Assembly: GCA_963789955.1 (NCBI GenBank) | Contig: CAWBMV010000001.1 | Coordinates: forward strand, 640,001 to 704,000 | DNA length: 64,000 nucleotides | DNA from: an uncultured Candidatus Rokubacteria bacterium | GTDB taxonomy: Bacteria; Methylomirabilota; Methylomirabilia; Rokubacteriales; CSP1-6 | Reading direction: 5' to 3' | Shown here: piece by piece, positions 9,985-19,856 of the stretch | Position numbering within the stretch: the first letter of the stretch is position 1 | How the letters are laid out: every line of letters starts with the position of its first letter | The notes under the pieces: model-generated | Database searches by the model: none | Told to the model about the DNA's origin: nothing | Seen by the model: only the letters and a program-made list of their open reading frames with translations | Made by a program: the position numbers and the translations under genes

Positions 9985-10680
9985 CTACGCGGTGGCGCGG
10001 TGGATCACTTCTCGGAGGCGTTCGGCGTCGTGAGGGTCGAGCCGCACGAAGGTGAAGGCCTGCCCGTCGGGGTCGATCCGAACGAGAATCGCGATGACCT
10101 CGATCTCCGCGCCGCCGTCCGGCGGCGTGAAGATCGCCCGGCCGATCGTGTCCCGGTCGAACGACGCGCTGAAGCGCGCCTTCATGCCCGAGAGGCCCAC
10201 CTCGATCAAGGTGCCCTGATGCTCGCGTCCGTTGTACTCGGAGAGCCGCACCGCAATGGGCAGGCGGGCACGCGTCGAGCGCCGCTTCTCGGGGCGCCGC
10301 TCGAGCTCGGCGACCCGGCTCATGGCGTGCGGCTCGATGAAGGTCAGGACCTCGTTCAGGCGATCGAGCTGGACCGGCTTGCCCATGAAGTCGGCGGCGC
10401 CGAGCCGCAGGCACTCGCGCGCCTGGGCCTCGTTGACGACCCCGGAGACCGCGACGATCGGAACGCCGAGCGCCCGCACCGGCCGGAGCTGCAGGAAATC
10501 GATCCCGCTCATCCCCGGGAGCTGGACGTCGAGCAGGATCGCGTCGAGCCGCTCGGTCTGCAGGCTGGCGAGCGCGGCTTCGGCCGTGTGGACGACGAGC
10601 GGATGGTGGCCGAGCTCGACGAGGAAGTCGCGAAACACATCGCCCAGGTCGACCTGGTCCTCGACCACGAGCACCCGCAT
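9985..10680 (-). CDS. Response regulator receiver fused to a PilZ-like domain
   Basis: MRVLVVED, LLDVQLPGMSG, FMGKP; C-terminal RRSTR and beta-barrel pattern. Confidence 0.85.
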   Translation of the reverse strand: MRVLVVEDQVDLGDVFRDFLVELGHHPLVVHTAEAALASLQTERLDAILLDVQLPGMSGIDFLQLRPVRALGVPIVAVSGVVNEAQARECLRLGAADFMGKPVQLDRLNEVLTFIEPHAMSRVAELERRPEKRRSTRARLPIAVRLSEYNGREHQGTLIEVGLSGMKARFSASFDRDTIGRAIFTPPDGGAEIEVIAILVRIDPDGQAFTFVRLDPHDAERLREVIHRATA

Positions 10681-10754
10681 CGTGCTTCGAGCCTAGCACG
10701 ATAGGTGCGACTTCCATGACGAACGCGAGAGCGTGAGGGCGGCTCGGACCCGCG

Positions 10755-10763
10755 TGCTATACT
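10755..10763 (+). promoter_or_regulatory. Extended -10 promoter of nuo cluster 1
   Basis: TGCTATACT upstream of the AAGGAGGAG RBS and TTG start at 10797. Confidence 0.55.
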
Positions 10764-10796
10764 GAGCGCCCGGGTGCATCTCGAAGGAGGAGTATC

Positions 10797-11151
10797 TTGT
10801 CGGGCTACCTGCCCGTTCTCATCTTCGCCGCGCTGATCACCGGCTTCGCAGTCGTCTCACTCGCGGTGGCGCGGCTGCTGCGCCCGAGCCGCCCCGGCGC
10901 GGTCAAGCTCATGAACTACGAGTGCGGTGCCGAGCCGATCGGCACGGCGTGGGTGCAGTTCCCGGTCGGCTTCTACCTGGTCGCGCTCGTGTTCATCGTC
11001 TTCGACGCGCTCGCGGTGTTCCTGTTCCCGTGGGCGCTGGTCCTCCGCCTCGTCGGGCATCAGCGCGTTCTGGGTGATGGCGGCGTTCGTCGGCGTCCTC
11101 GGGCTCGGCTGGCTCTACGCGTACCGGGAGGGCGTGCTCGAATGGAAGTGA
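10797..11151 (+). CDS. nuoA: NADH-quinone oxidoreductase subunit A, cluster 1 (frameshift near 11050)
   Basis: [19 protein letters not shown], ends YREGVLEWK in the alternate frame. Confidence 0.9.
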
Positions 11152-11783
11152 AGCCGCCCATCCCGCAGGTTCCCGCTCCCGTCTGGGGCGAGTTCAAGGA
11201 TCTGCAGGAGTGGGAGAAGTACCACCAGTCACGCTCGGACGACGACAAGACCTCGAACGCCCTCGCCTCCATCGCCGACGCGATCCACCACATGCCGGGC
11301 GGCTGGATCGTCACGACGTCCACCGACAAGATCTTCAACTGGGCGCGCAAGTCGTCGATCTGGCCGGTCACGTTCGGTCTGGCCTGCTGCGCCATCGAGA
11401 TGATGGCCACCTTCGCGTCCCGCTTCGACGTCGAGCGCTTCGGGATGGTGCCCTGGGCCTCTCCGCGGCATTCGGACCTCATGATCGTCTCGGGAACCGT
11501 GACCATCAAGATGGCGCCGATGCTCAAGCGCATCTACGATCAGATGCCCGATCCCAAGTGGGTGGTCTCCATGGGCTCGTGCGCGAACTCCGGCGGCCCC
11601 TTTCGCCACGGCTATCACGTCGTGAAGGGCGTCGACCGCGTCGTCCCCGTCGACGTCTACGTGCCGGGCTGTCCGCCGACCCCCGACTCCCTGATGTACG
11701 GGCTGCTCAAGCTCCAGACCCAGGTCGACGAGTTCCAGAAGACCGGGAAGCGCTCCGCTGCGTCCGACCCCGGGGGAGCATGA
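11142..11783 (+). CDS. nuoB: NADH-quinone oxidoreductase subunit B, cluster 1
   Basis: [30 protein letters not shown]. Confidence 0.93.
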   Translation: MEVKPPIPQVPAPVWGEFKDLQEWEKYHQSRSDDDKTSNALASIADAIHHMPGGWIVTTSTDKIFNWARKSSIWPVTFGLACCAIEMMATFASRFDVERFGMVPWASPRHSDLMIVSGTVTIKMAPMLKRIYDQMPDPKWVVSMGSCANSGGPFRHGYHVVKGVDRVVPVDVYVPGCPPTPDSLMYGLLKLQTQVDEFQKTGKRSAASDPGGA

Positions 11784-12230
11784 CGCCCGCCGACGCGCGC
11801 GCGCGCATCCAGGAGCGGTTCGGAGTGGACGCGGTCGCCGACGGTGGGCTCGCCGTTAGTCTTGCCGCGCGACCGCTGGCACGAGTTCGCCCGCTTCGCC
11901 CGCGACGAGCTGGGCTGCCGCTACTTCAACTGGCTCTCCGCCGTGGACTGGAAGGACCAGGGATTCGAGGTGCTCTGCCGCGTCGAGAATCTCGACGCGC
12001 CGCTCGTGGTCACGATGCGCACGCGCCTGGGCGCGGGCGAGACGCGCTGTTCGTCGGTGACCCCGCTCTATCGAGGCGCCAACTGGATGGAGCGCGAGTG
12101 CTACGACATGTTCGGGATCGTCTTCGAGGGCCATCCCGACCTGCGGCGCATCCTCCTCTCGGACGACTGGGAGGGCTATCCGCTCCGGAAGGACTACGCC
12201 GTCGACACGCCGATGGCGCCGTACCGATGA
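11780..12230 (+). CDS. nuoC: NADH-quinone oxidoreductase subunit C, cluster 1 (frameshift near 11850)
   Basis: [34 protein letters not shown]. Confidence 0.9.
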
Positions 12231-12266
12231 TCGCTCACGCGAGGACCAAGTGAGGAGACGCGACCC

Positions 12267-12902
12267 ATGATCTACGAGCTCCGGACCTATACCTTGACGC
12301 CGGGCAAGCAGGGCGAGTACCTCAAGCTCAACTCCGAGATCGGACGTCCGATCCGCGGCGACAAGTACGGCAAGCTCGAGGGCTCGTGGACGACCGAGTT
12401 CGGCACCCTGAATCAGTACGTCCACCTCTGGGCCTACGCGGATCTCGTCGAGCGCGAGCGCCTGCGCGGTGAGCTCGCGAAGAACGAGGCGTGGAGCAAG
12501 GACTACGTCTCGAAGATCCGGCCGCTGCTGCTGGCCCAGGAGAACAAGATCCTCTCGGCGCAGCTGCCGCTGAAGCCACCGGCCGACGGCGGGCACATCT
12601 ACGAGCTCCGCACCTATCGCACACAGGTCGGCAAGGCCGGCGAGTGGCTCGGCCACTTCAAGGGCATCATGCCCGTGCGCGAGAAATACTCGAAGAACGT
12701 CGGCGTGTTTCAGACCGAGGTCGCCCAGCTGAACGAGGTCGTGCACCTCTGGGCGTATCGCGACCTGAACGACCGGGCGGCCGTGCGCGGCAAGACGCTT
12801 CAAGATCCGGAATGGCAGGCCTTCCTCGGCAAGGCCACGCCGCTGCTCGTCGAGATGCGCTCGGTGGCCCTCGTCCCGGCGCCGTCGTCTCCCATGAAGT
12901 AG
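12267..12902 (+). CDS. NIPSNAP family protein with two tandem domains
   Basis: Two copies of IYELRTY...G.W/F.TE...LN..VHLWAY.DL..R...R; GAGGAG RBS. Confidence 0.9.
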   Translation: MIYELRTYTLTPGKQGEYLKLNSEIGRPIRGDKYGKLEGSWTTEFGTLNQYVHLWAYADLVERERLRGELAKNEAWSKDYVSKIRPLLLAQENKILSAQLPLKPPADGGHIYELRTYRTQVGKAGEWLGHFKGIMPVREKYSKNVGVFQTEVAQLNEVVHLWAYRDLNDRAAVRGKTLQDPEWQAFLGKATPLLVEMRSVALVPAPSSPMK

Positions 12903-12909
12903 CTCGACC

Positions 12910-14073
12910 GTGGCCGAGACGCAGACCCAGCAGGTGGTCGAGGTCGGCTACGGGGGCAACGAGCGCCTCATGATGAACATGGGGCCTCAGCACCCGTCGT
13001 CGCACGGCGTGTTCCGGATGATCCTCACGCTCGAGGGCGAGACCGTCGTCGCCGTCGACGCCGTCATCGGCTACCTGCATCGATGCCACGAGAAGCTCGG
13101 CGAGACCCTGACGTACGTCCAGTACCCGTCGATCGCGTCGAAGACCGACTACGTCGCGGCCATGACCGCCGAGCTCGCGTACGTCTCCGCCGTCGAGAAG
13201 ATCGCGAAGATCGAGGTCCCCCGCCGCGCGCAATACCTGCGCGTGATCGTCGCCGAGCTCCAGCGCATCGCCTCGCATTGCCTCTGGCTCGGCACCTGGT
13301 GTCTGGACATGGGCGGGGCGCTCGGGGGCGGCGCGACCGTCTTCCTCTACTGCATCCGCGAGCGCGAGATGGTGCTCGATCGATTCGAGGAGCTGACGGG
13401 CGCGCGCCTGCTCTACGGCTTTCATCAGACCGGTGGCACGCGCTACGACATGCCGTCGGGCTGGGACAAGAAGGTGCGCGAGACGGTCGACTTCATCGAG
13501 AAGCGGCTCGACGAGTACGAGGCGATGCTGGAGGACAACACGTTCTTCCGCGTCCGCACGCAGGGCGTCGGCGTGATCTCGCGCGAAGTCGCCGAGGCGG
13601 TCGGCGTGTCGGGCCCGCTGATCCGCGGCTCGGGAGTGGCGTACGACGTCCGGCGCGCCGAGCCGTATTCGTCCTACGGCGACTTCGACTTCGTCGTGCC
13701 GGTGGAGACCGCGGGGGACTGCTACGCGCGCTACCGCGTGCGGATGGTCGAGTTCCGCCAGTCGATCCGGATCATCCGGCAGGCGCTCGACGGGCTCCCC
13801 GAGGGCCCGATCTCGTCGCGGCCGGGCGTGAAGTCGGTCGCCCAGGTCCGGGTGCCCAAGGGCGAGGGATACACGCGCATCGAAGGCGCGCGCGGCGAGA
13901 TCGGATGCTACATCGTCAGCGACGGCGGGCCCAAGCCGTATCGCCTGAAATGGCGGGGCGCGTCCTTCTCGAACCTCGCGGTCTTGCCGTACATCGTGCC
14001 CGGGCACAAGGTGGCCGACGTCGTGGCGATCATGGGCTCGGTCGACCCGGTATTCGGCGAGGTCGACCGATGA
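12910..14073 (+). CDS. nuoD: NADH-quinone oxidoreductase subunit D, cluster 1
   Basis: MGPQHPSSHGVFR, GYLHR, ELQRIASH, ends DPVFGEVDR; no NiFe CxxC motifs. Confidence 0.95.
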   Translation: MAETQTQQVVEVGYGGNERLMMNMGPQHPSSHGVFRMILTLEGETVVAVDAVIGYLHRCHEKLGETLTYVQYPSIASKTDYVAAMTAELAYVSAVEKIAKIEVPRRAQYLRVIVAELQRIASHCLWLGTWCLDMGGALGGGATVFLYCIREREMVLDRFEELTGARLLYGFHQTGGTRYDMPSGWDKKVRETVDFIEKRLDEYEAMLEDNTFFRVRTQGVGVISREVAEAVGVSGPLIRGSGVAYDVRRAEPYSSYGDFDFVVPVETAGDCYARYRVRMVEFRQSIRIIRQALDGLPEGPISSRPGVKSVAQVRVPKGEGYTRIEGARGEIGCYIVSDGGPKPYRLKWRGASFSNLAVLPYIVPGHKVADVVAIMGSVDPVFGEVDR

Positions 14074-14171
14074 CCAACCAGCCAGGGACGGAGCGCGCGC
14101 TGCGGAGCCGGGTTGCGTCTGTCTCAGGCCACCCTCGGTCCAAGCCGGGCTCATGGTCCCCGCTACAATGA
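14070..14171 (+). repeat. Junction element copy 1, encoding a 33-aa coupled mini-ORF between nuoD and nuoH
   Basis: 14101-14170 aligns ungapped with 39641-39710 at 56/70 identities; ATGA overlaps at both ends. Confidence 0.8.
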
Positions 14172-15144
14172 TCTGGCACGCGATCGAGGGATTCATCGTC
14201 CTCAACGTGCTGCTCGGGCTGGTCGCCTACGTCACCTTGCTCGAGCGCAAGTTCGCCGCGCGGATGCAGTCGCGAATCGGTCCGTACTACGTGGGCCGCC
14301 CGCACGGCTGGCTGCAGCCGATCGCCGACGCGCTGAAGCTGATGATGAAGGAAGACATCGTCCCGACCGCCAGCGACCGCGCGGTCTACAACCTGGCGCC
14401 GATCGTCTTCCTCATCCCGTGTCTCTTGATCTTCGCGACGATCCCGTTCGCGCCCGAGCTCGGCGTCGCCGACCTGAACATCGGCGTGCTCTTCTTCCTG
14501 GCGGTCTCGTCGCTCGAGATCATCGGGCTCTTCATGGGCGGCTGGGGATCGAACAACAAATACGCGCTGCTCTCCGCGATGCGGGCGGTCAACCAGATCA
14601 TCTCCTACGACCTGCCGTTCATCTTCGCCGCGCTCGTCCCGGTGGTCCTCGCGGGCTCGATGCAGATGTCGGCGATCGTGGCCGCGCAGCAGGGCCTGTG
14701 GTTCGTCGCGTATCCGGTGATCGGCCAGCTCGCGTTCGTCGCGTTCCTGATCGCGACCCTGGCGGCCGAGAACCGGGTGCCGTTCGACATCCTCGAGGCC
14801 GAGTCGGAGCTGGTGGCCGGCTTCCGCGTCGAGTACAGCGGCATGAAGTTCGCGCTGATCCAGCTGGCCGAGTACGCGCACATGCTCGGCACGAGCTTCC
14901 TCGGCGCGCTGCTGTTCCTGGGGGGCTGGCTCGGACCCGGGCCGGCGTGCGCTCGGGCCGCTATGGCTCCTCGTGAAGGCGATCGCGATCTTCCTGATCG
15001 TGACGTGGGTGCGGTGGTCGCTTCGTGCGGATCCGCGTCGACCAGATCCTGGCGATCTCGTGGAAGCTCCTGCTGCCGGCGACCCTCGTGCTGCTGCTGG
15101 CGACCGGGTTCGTCGTCGCGATGCGAGGCGCCGGTGGCGGCTAA
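14168..15144 (+). CDS. nuoH: NADH-quinone oxidoreductase subunit H, cluster 1 (two frameshifts near the 3' end)
   Basis: ERKFAARMQSRIGP, QPIADALKL, RVPFDILEAESELVAG. Confidence 0.92.
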
Positions 15145-15707
15145 CGGCGGGTCCGCGCCGGGGTTCTGGCGGAGAAACGGGGCAGCTGGTGGGCGCCGTC
15201 GGCCGCGCGATGGGCGTCACCTTGCGGAATCTCTTCCGCAAGCCGGTGACGGTCCACTATCCCGACGTCAAGCGCGAGTACCCGGATCGCTTCCGCGGCA
15301 TCCTCGCGCTCGCCTACGAGAAGGAGACCGGCGAGGAGGCCTGCATCGGCTGCCGGCTCTGCGAGTACGTGTGCCCGCCGCAGGTCATCAAGGTCGAGAT
15401 GTTGAAGAGCGCGAAGCGGAACTACGCGAAGACGTTCACGCTCGAGCTCTACGCGTGCGAGTTCTGCGAGCTGTGCGTGCAGGTCTGTCCGACCGACGCG
15501 ATCATCATGATGAAGTCCTTCGATCTCGCGACCTCGGATCGGCGCGATATGCTGCTCGACAAGGATCGCCTGCACGCGCTCGGTCTGCAGTTCGAGCCGT
15601 CGTGGGCGACCGGCAATCGGCTCCGCGACATGCAGGCGCCGCCGAAGCCGGCGCGGTCCGAGGCCAGGGGAGAAGGCAAGGGAGAGACGAAGGAGCCGGC
15701 CGAGTGA
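15134..15707 (+). CDS. nuoI: NADH-quinone oxidoreductase subunit I, cluster 1 (frameshift near 15172)
   Basis: VTVHYP, CIGCRLCEYVCP and CEFCELCVQVCP. Confidence 0.9.
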
Positions 15708-16200
15708 CCGTCGAAACGGTTGGATTCTGGGTGGTAGCCGTGGTGCTACTCGCCTCGAGCCTTGCCGTCGTGCTCACCCCGAACCTGTTTCACGCCGTGC
15801 TGTATCTCGCGGCCGCGCTGGTCGCGACCGGCGCGATCTTCCTCCTCCTCGACGCAGCCCTTTCTGTTCGCCGTCCAGCTCCTGCTCTACGCCGGAGGCG
15901 TCGTCACGATCGTCGTGTTCGCGATCATGCTGACCGAGCGGCTGGTCGGCCAGCGCATCCGGCAGGCCAGCCGTCATCCCGTGAACGGCGCGATCGTCGC
16001 GGCCGCCGTCTTCGCCGGTATCGCCGGGTTCCTGCTCCGGTCGCCGCTCGCGACGCCGCCGCCCGGGCCCGGCGGCCGACGCGACGGTCGCGATCGGACG
16101 CGCGCTGGTGGGCCCCTTCGCGGTGACCCTCGAGCTCCTGGGCGTGCTGCTGGTGACCGCGCTCCTCGGCGCGCTCTACTTCGCGCGAGGCGAGGAATGA
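15704..16200 (+). CDS. nuoJ: NADH-quinone oxidoreductase subunit J, cluster 1 (two frameshifts)
   Basis: [27 protein letters not shown]; position between nuoI and nuoK. Confidence 0.85.
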
Positions 16201-16500
16201 TCGGACTCTCGTCCTATCTGGTCCTGGCCGCGCTCGTGTTCTCGATCGGTCTCTTCGGCGTGCTGACCCGCCGCAACGCGGTCGGCATCCTGCTCGGGAT
16301 CGAGCTGATGCTGAACGCCGTCAACATCAACCTGGTCGCGTTCGCGCGCTACAACGGCGACCTGATCGGGGTGATCTTCACGCTTGTTCACGATCTCCAT
16401 CACCGTGGCCGAGGTCGCCGTGGGGCTCGCGATCGTCATCGCGATCTTCCGGGTGCGGCGGACGGTCGAGGCGGACCGCCTCGACCTGCTGCGGGGATAG
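16197..16500 (+). CDS. nuoK: NADH-quinone oxidoreductase subunit K, cluster 1 (frameshift near 16385)
   Basis: [31 protein letters not shown]. Confidence 0.9.
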
Positions 16501-16504
16501 TGCC

Positions 16505-18333
16505 GTGACCCTGAACGTCGGGTTGCCGCTCCTGGTCCTCGCGATGCCCTTCGTCTCCTTCCTGTTCCTGGCGATCGTGGGGCCGCTGCGCCGAACCGGT
16601 CGCGGGGCCGGCCTGGTGTCGATCGCCGCGATCGCGATCTCGTTCGCCGCCGCGGTGTTCGTGTGGACTCAAGGCTTCGTCGCGGAGCAGACGTGGCCCT
16701 GGATCCCGGCCGACGGCGGGCCGATCGCCACCGTCGGGGTGCTGGTCGACCCGCTCAGCAACACGATGCTCGTCCTGGTCACCCTGGTGTCGCTCCTCGT
16801 GCAGATCTACTCGCTCGCGTATCTCAGCGACGAGCGCCCGGCGCCGCTCGGTCGCTACTACACGTACCAGTCGCTCTTCGTCTTCTCGATGCTCGGTCTC
16901 GTGCTCGCCGCCGGGGTTCCTCCAGATGTTCGTCTTCTGGGAGCTGGTCGGGCTCTGCTCGTATCTGCTGATCGGCTTCTGGTACGAGCGGCCCGCGGCC
17001 GCGCGCGCGGCGGTGAAGGCGTTCTGGATCACCAAGCTCGGCGACGTCGGCTTCATCGTCGGCATCGTGCTCCTGTGGTCGGCCACCGGCACCTTCGAGT
17101 TCACGGAGCTCTTCGAGAAGGCGGAGCAGAACGCGCTGGCCGTGCCGGGCCTCGCGGTGATCATGTTCCTCATCTATCTCGGCGCCGTGGGTAAATCGGC
17201 CCAGTTCCCGCTGCACGTGTGGCTCCCCGACGCGATGGAGGGGCCGACGCCGGTGTCGGCGCTCATCCACGCCGCGACGATGGTGACGGCGGGCGTCTAC
17301 ATGGTGACGCGGACCGAGCCGCTGTTCGCGCTGGTCCCCGGGGTCTTGACCCTGATCGCCTGGGTGGGCGCGTTCACCGCGCTGCTGGCCGCGACGATGG
17401 CGTGCGTCGAGGGCGACATCAAGCGCGTGCTCGCGTACTCGACCGTCTCGCAGCTCGGCTACATGATGGCGGCCGCGGGCGCCGGCGCCGCGCCCGCGGG
17501 GTTCCTCCATCTGCTCACGCACGGGCTCTTCAAGGCGCTCCTGTTCCTCGGCCGCCGGCGCGGTGATCCACGCGGTCGGGACCAACGACATCTTCCGCAT
17601 GGGCGGCCTGTTCCGGGCGATGCCGCAGACGGCCATCGTCTTCATCGTGGGGACGCTCGCGCTCGCCGGCGTGCCGCCGCTCGCGGGCTTCTTCTCGAAG
17701 GAAGCCGTGCTCGGGGGCGTGTGGGAGGCGCATCTCGCGGGGCCGTTCCTGATGCTGGCGCTCACCGCGTTGCTGACGGCCTTCTACATGTTCCGCGTCG
17801 TCTTCGTCACGTTCTTCGGCCGCGCGCACGCAGGCGGCGCATCCGCACGAGGCGCCGTGGCTGATGCGCGGGCCGCTGTGGCTCCTCGCGGCGCTCACGC
17901 TCGCGTACGGGATCCGTTCTGGCGCTTCGCCGGCGGCGAAGCCGCGGAGGAGGCGCCGGCCTGGCTGCCGCCGCTCTCGATCGGGCTGGCCCTCGCCGGC
18001 TTCGCGCTCGCCTGGGCGATGTATCAGCGCGGCGCGATCGATCCCGCGCGCGTCGCCTCGGCGCTGGCACCGCTCGACTACCTCGCGCGGCGGCGCTACG
18101 GGCTCGACGCCCTCTACGCGGGCCTCTACCGCGGAATCATCCTCGGCTTCTCGCGCCTGATCGGCTGGATCGACCGCTACTTCGTCGACGGCATCCTCAA
18201 CGCGCTGACGGCGCTCACGCTGCGGGCCGGTGACGGCCTGCGACACATCCAGACCGGTCGGGCGCAGGACTACGTCTACGGCGTGGCCTTCGGCGTGCTC
18301 CTGCTCTTCGTCTGGGCCCAGCTATGGCGCTGA
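16505..18333 (+). CDS. nuoL: NADH-quinone oxidoreductase subunit L (about four frameshifts)
   Basis: [57 protein letters not shown]. Confidence 0.92.
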
Positions 18334-19856
18334 CCGTGCCGATCCTCTCGATCATCACGTGGTCGCCGTTCGTCGGCGCGCTGCTCATCATGTTCACGGC
18401 GCGCCACAGCCCTCGCGCCGTGCGCCTCATCTCGGTCGTGACGACCTCCATCTCGGCGGTCCTGTCGCTGTGGATCTACGTGGCCTACGAGCGCGAGACG
18501 GCCGGGTTCCAGTTCTACGAGAAGGTGCCGCTGGTGCCGCCGCTCGGCATCTCGTACGAGCTCGGCGTCGACGGCATCAGCCTCTTGATGGTGCTGCTGA
18601 CGTCGATCATCATCATGGCCGGCGTGTTCGCGTCGTGGACCGTGACGGTCCGGAGCCAGGAGTTCTACGCGCTGCTGCTGGCGCTCGTCACCGGCGTCTA
18701 CGGCGTGTTCGTGTCGCTCGATCTCTTCGTCCTGTTCCTGTTCTACGAGCTCGCGGTGCTGCCGATGTACCTGCTGATCGGGATCTGGGGCTCGACGGGC
18801 GAGGTGCGGCCGCGTGGAATCTTCGCGTGGGCGTTCCGGGAGACCGGGGTCGGGACGAAGGAATACGCGGCGATGAAGCTGACGCTCTACCTCCTGTTCG
18901 GCTCCGCGTTCATCCTGGTCGGCATCCTCGCCCTCTACGTCAACGCCGGCTCCGGCTCGTTCTCGTTCCTCGATTTCGAGGCGACCGCGTTCCCGCGCTC
19001 GCTGCAGCGCTGGGTGTTCCTGGCGTTCTACGTCGGCTTCGGCGTCCTCGCCGGCATCTGGCCGCTGCACACGTGGTCGCCCGACGGTCACGCGTCGGCC
19101 CCGACGGCGGTCTCGATGCTCCACGCGGGCGTGCTCATGAAGCTCGGCGCGTACGGCGTCGTGCGGGTGGGGATGGGGTTACTGCCCGATGGCGCGGTGG
19201 ATCTCTCCTGGCTGGTCGGCACGATCGCGTGCGTGAACATCGTCTACGGCGCGCTCTCGTCGATGGCGCAGACGGACCTCAAGTACGTCATCGCGTACTC
19301 GTCCGTCTCGCACATGGGAATCGTCATGCTCGGCGCCGCGACCCTGACCGAGGCGGGGCTCAACGGCTCGGTGTTCCAGATGTTCGCCCACGGCGTCATG
19401 ACGGGGCTGTTCTTCGCGCTGGTCGGCCTGGTCTACGAGAAGTCGCACTCGCGCGAGATCGGCAAGATGGGCGGGTTCGGCAAGGTCATGCCGGGCATCG
19501 CGACCGCGTTCACGATCGGCGGTCTTTCGTCCCTGGGACTGCCGGCCACCGCCGGCTTCGTCGCCGAGCTCCTGACCTTCCTGGGGTCGTGGCGCTCCGC
19601 GCATTCGTGGTGGCTCTATCCCGCCGTCGCGGGAACGTTCTTGACCGCCGTGTACGTGCTGCGCGTCGTCAAGCAGATCTTCTGGGGGCCGCCCTCGCCC
19701 CACTTCCACGATCTCGTGGACGCGCGCGGGCCCGAGTGGGTCGCGCTGGTGATGCTCGTCGCCGTGCTGGTGCTCTTCGGCATGGTGCCGGGGCTCGCGA
19801 TCGCGCCGATCGACACGGCGACGGTGCCGCTCCTGGCGCGGATCGTGACCCCGTGA
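18324..19856 (+). CDS. nuoM: NADH-quinone oxidoreductase subunit M
   Basis: LGVDGIS, PLHTWSPDGHASAPT, LMKLGAYG, IAYSSVSHMG. Confidence 0.95.
   Translation: MALTVPILSIITWSPFVGALLIMFTARHSPRAVRLISVVTTSISAVLSLWIYVAYERETAGFQFYEKVPLVPPLGISYELGVDGISLLMVLLTSIIIMAGVFASWTVTVRSQEFYALLLALVTGVYGVFVSLDLFVLFLFYELAVLPMYLLIGIWGSTGEVRPRGIFAWAFRETGVGTKEYAAMKLTLYLLFGSAFILVGILALYVNAGSGSFSFLDFEATAFPRSLQRWVFLAFYVGFGVLAGIWPLHTWSPDGHASAPTAVSMLHAGVLMKLGAYGVVRVGMGLLPDGAVDLSWLVGTIACVNIVYGALSSMAQTDLKYVIAYSSVSHMGIVMLGAATLTEAGLNGSVFQMFAHGVMTGLFFALVGLVYEKSHSREIGKMGGFGKVMPGIATAFTIGGLSSLGLPATAGFVAELLTFLGSWRSAHSWWLYPAVAGTFLTAVYVLRVVKQIFWGPPSPHFHDLVDARGPEWVALVMLVAVLVLFGMVPGLAIAPIDTATVPLLARIVTP

Noticed and set aside
12227..12253. 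8-codon [11 protein letters not shown] overlapping the nuoC stop
   Set aside because: Too short, no similarity to the junction element, and not coupled to the next start
12910..14073. EFG-less cluster as a group 4 [NiFe] hydrogenase
   Set aside because: NuoD lacks both N- and C-terminal CxxC nickel ligands and ends GEVDR; no maturation genes are present
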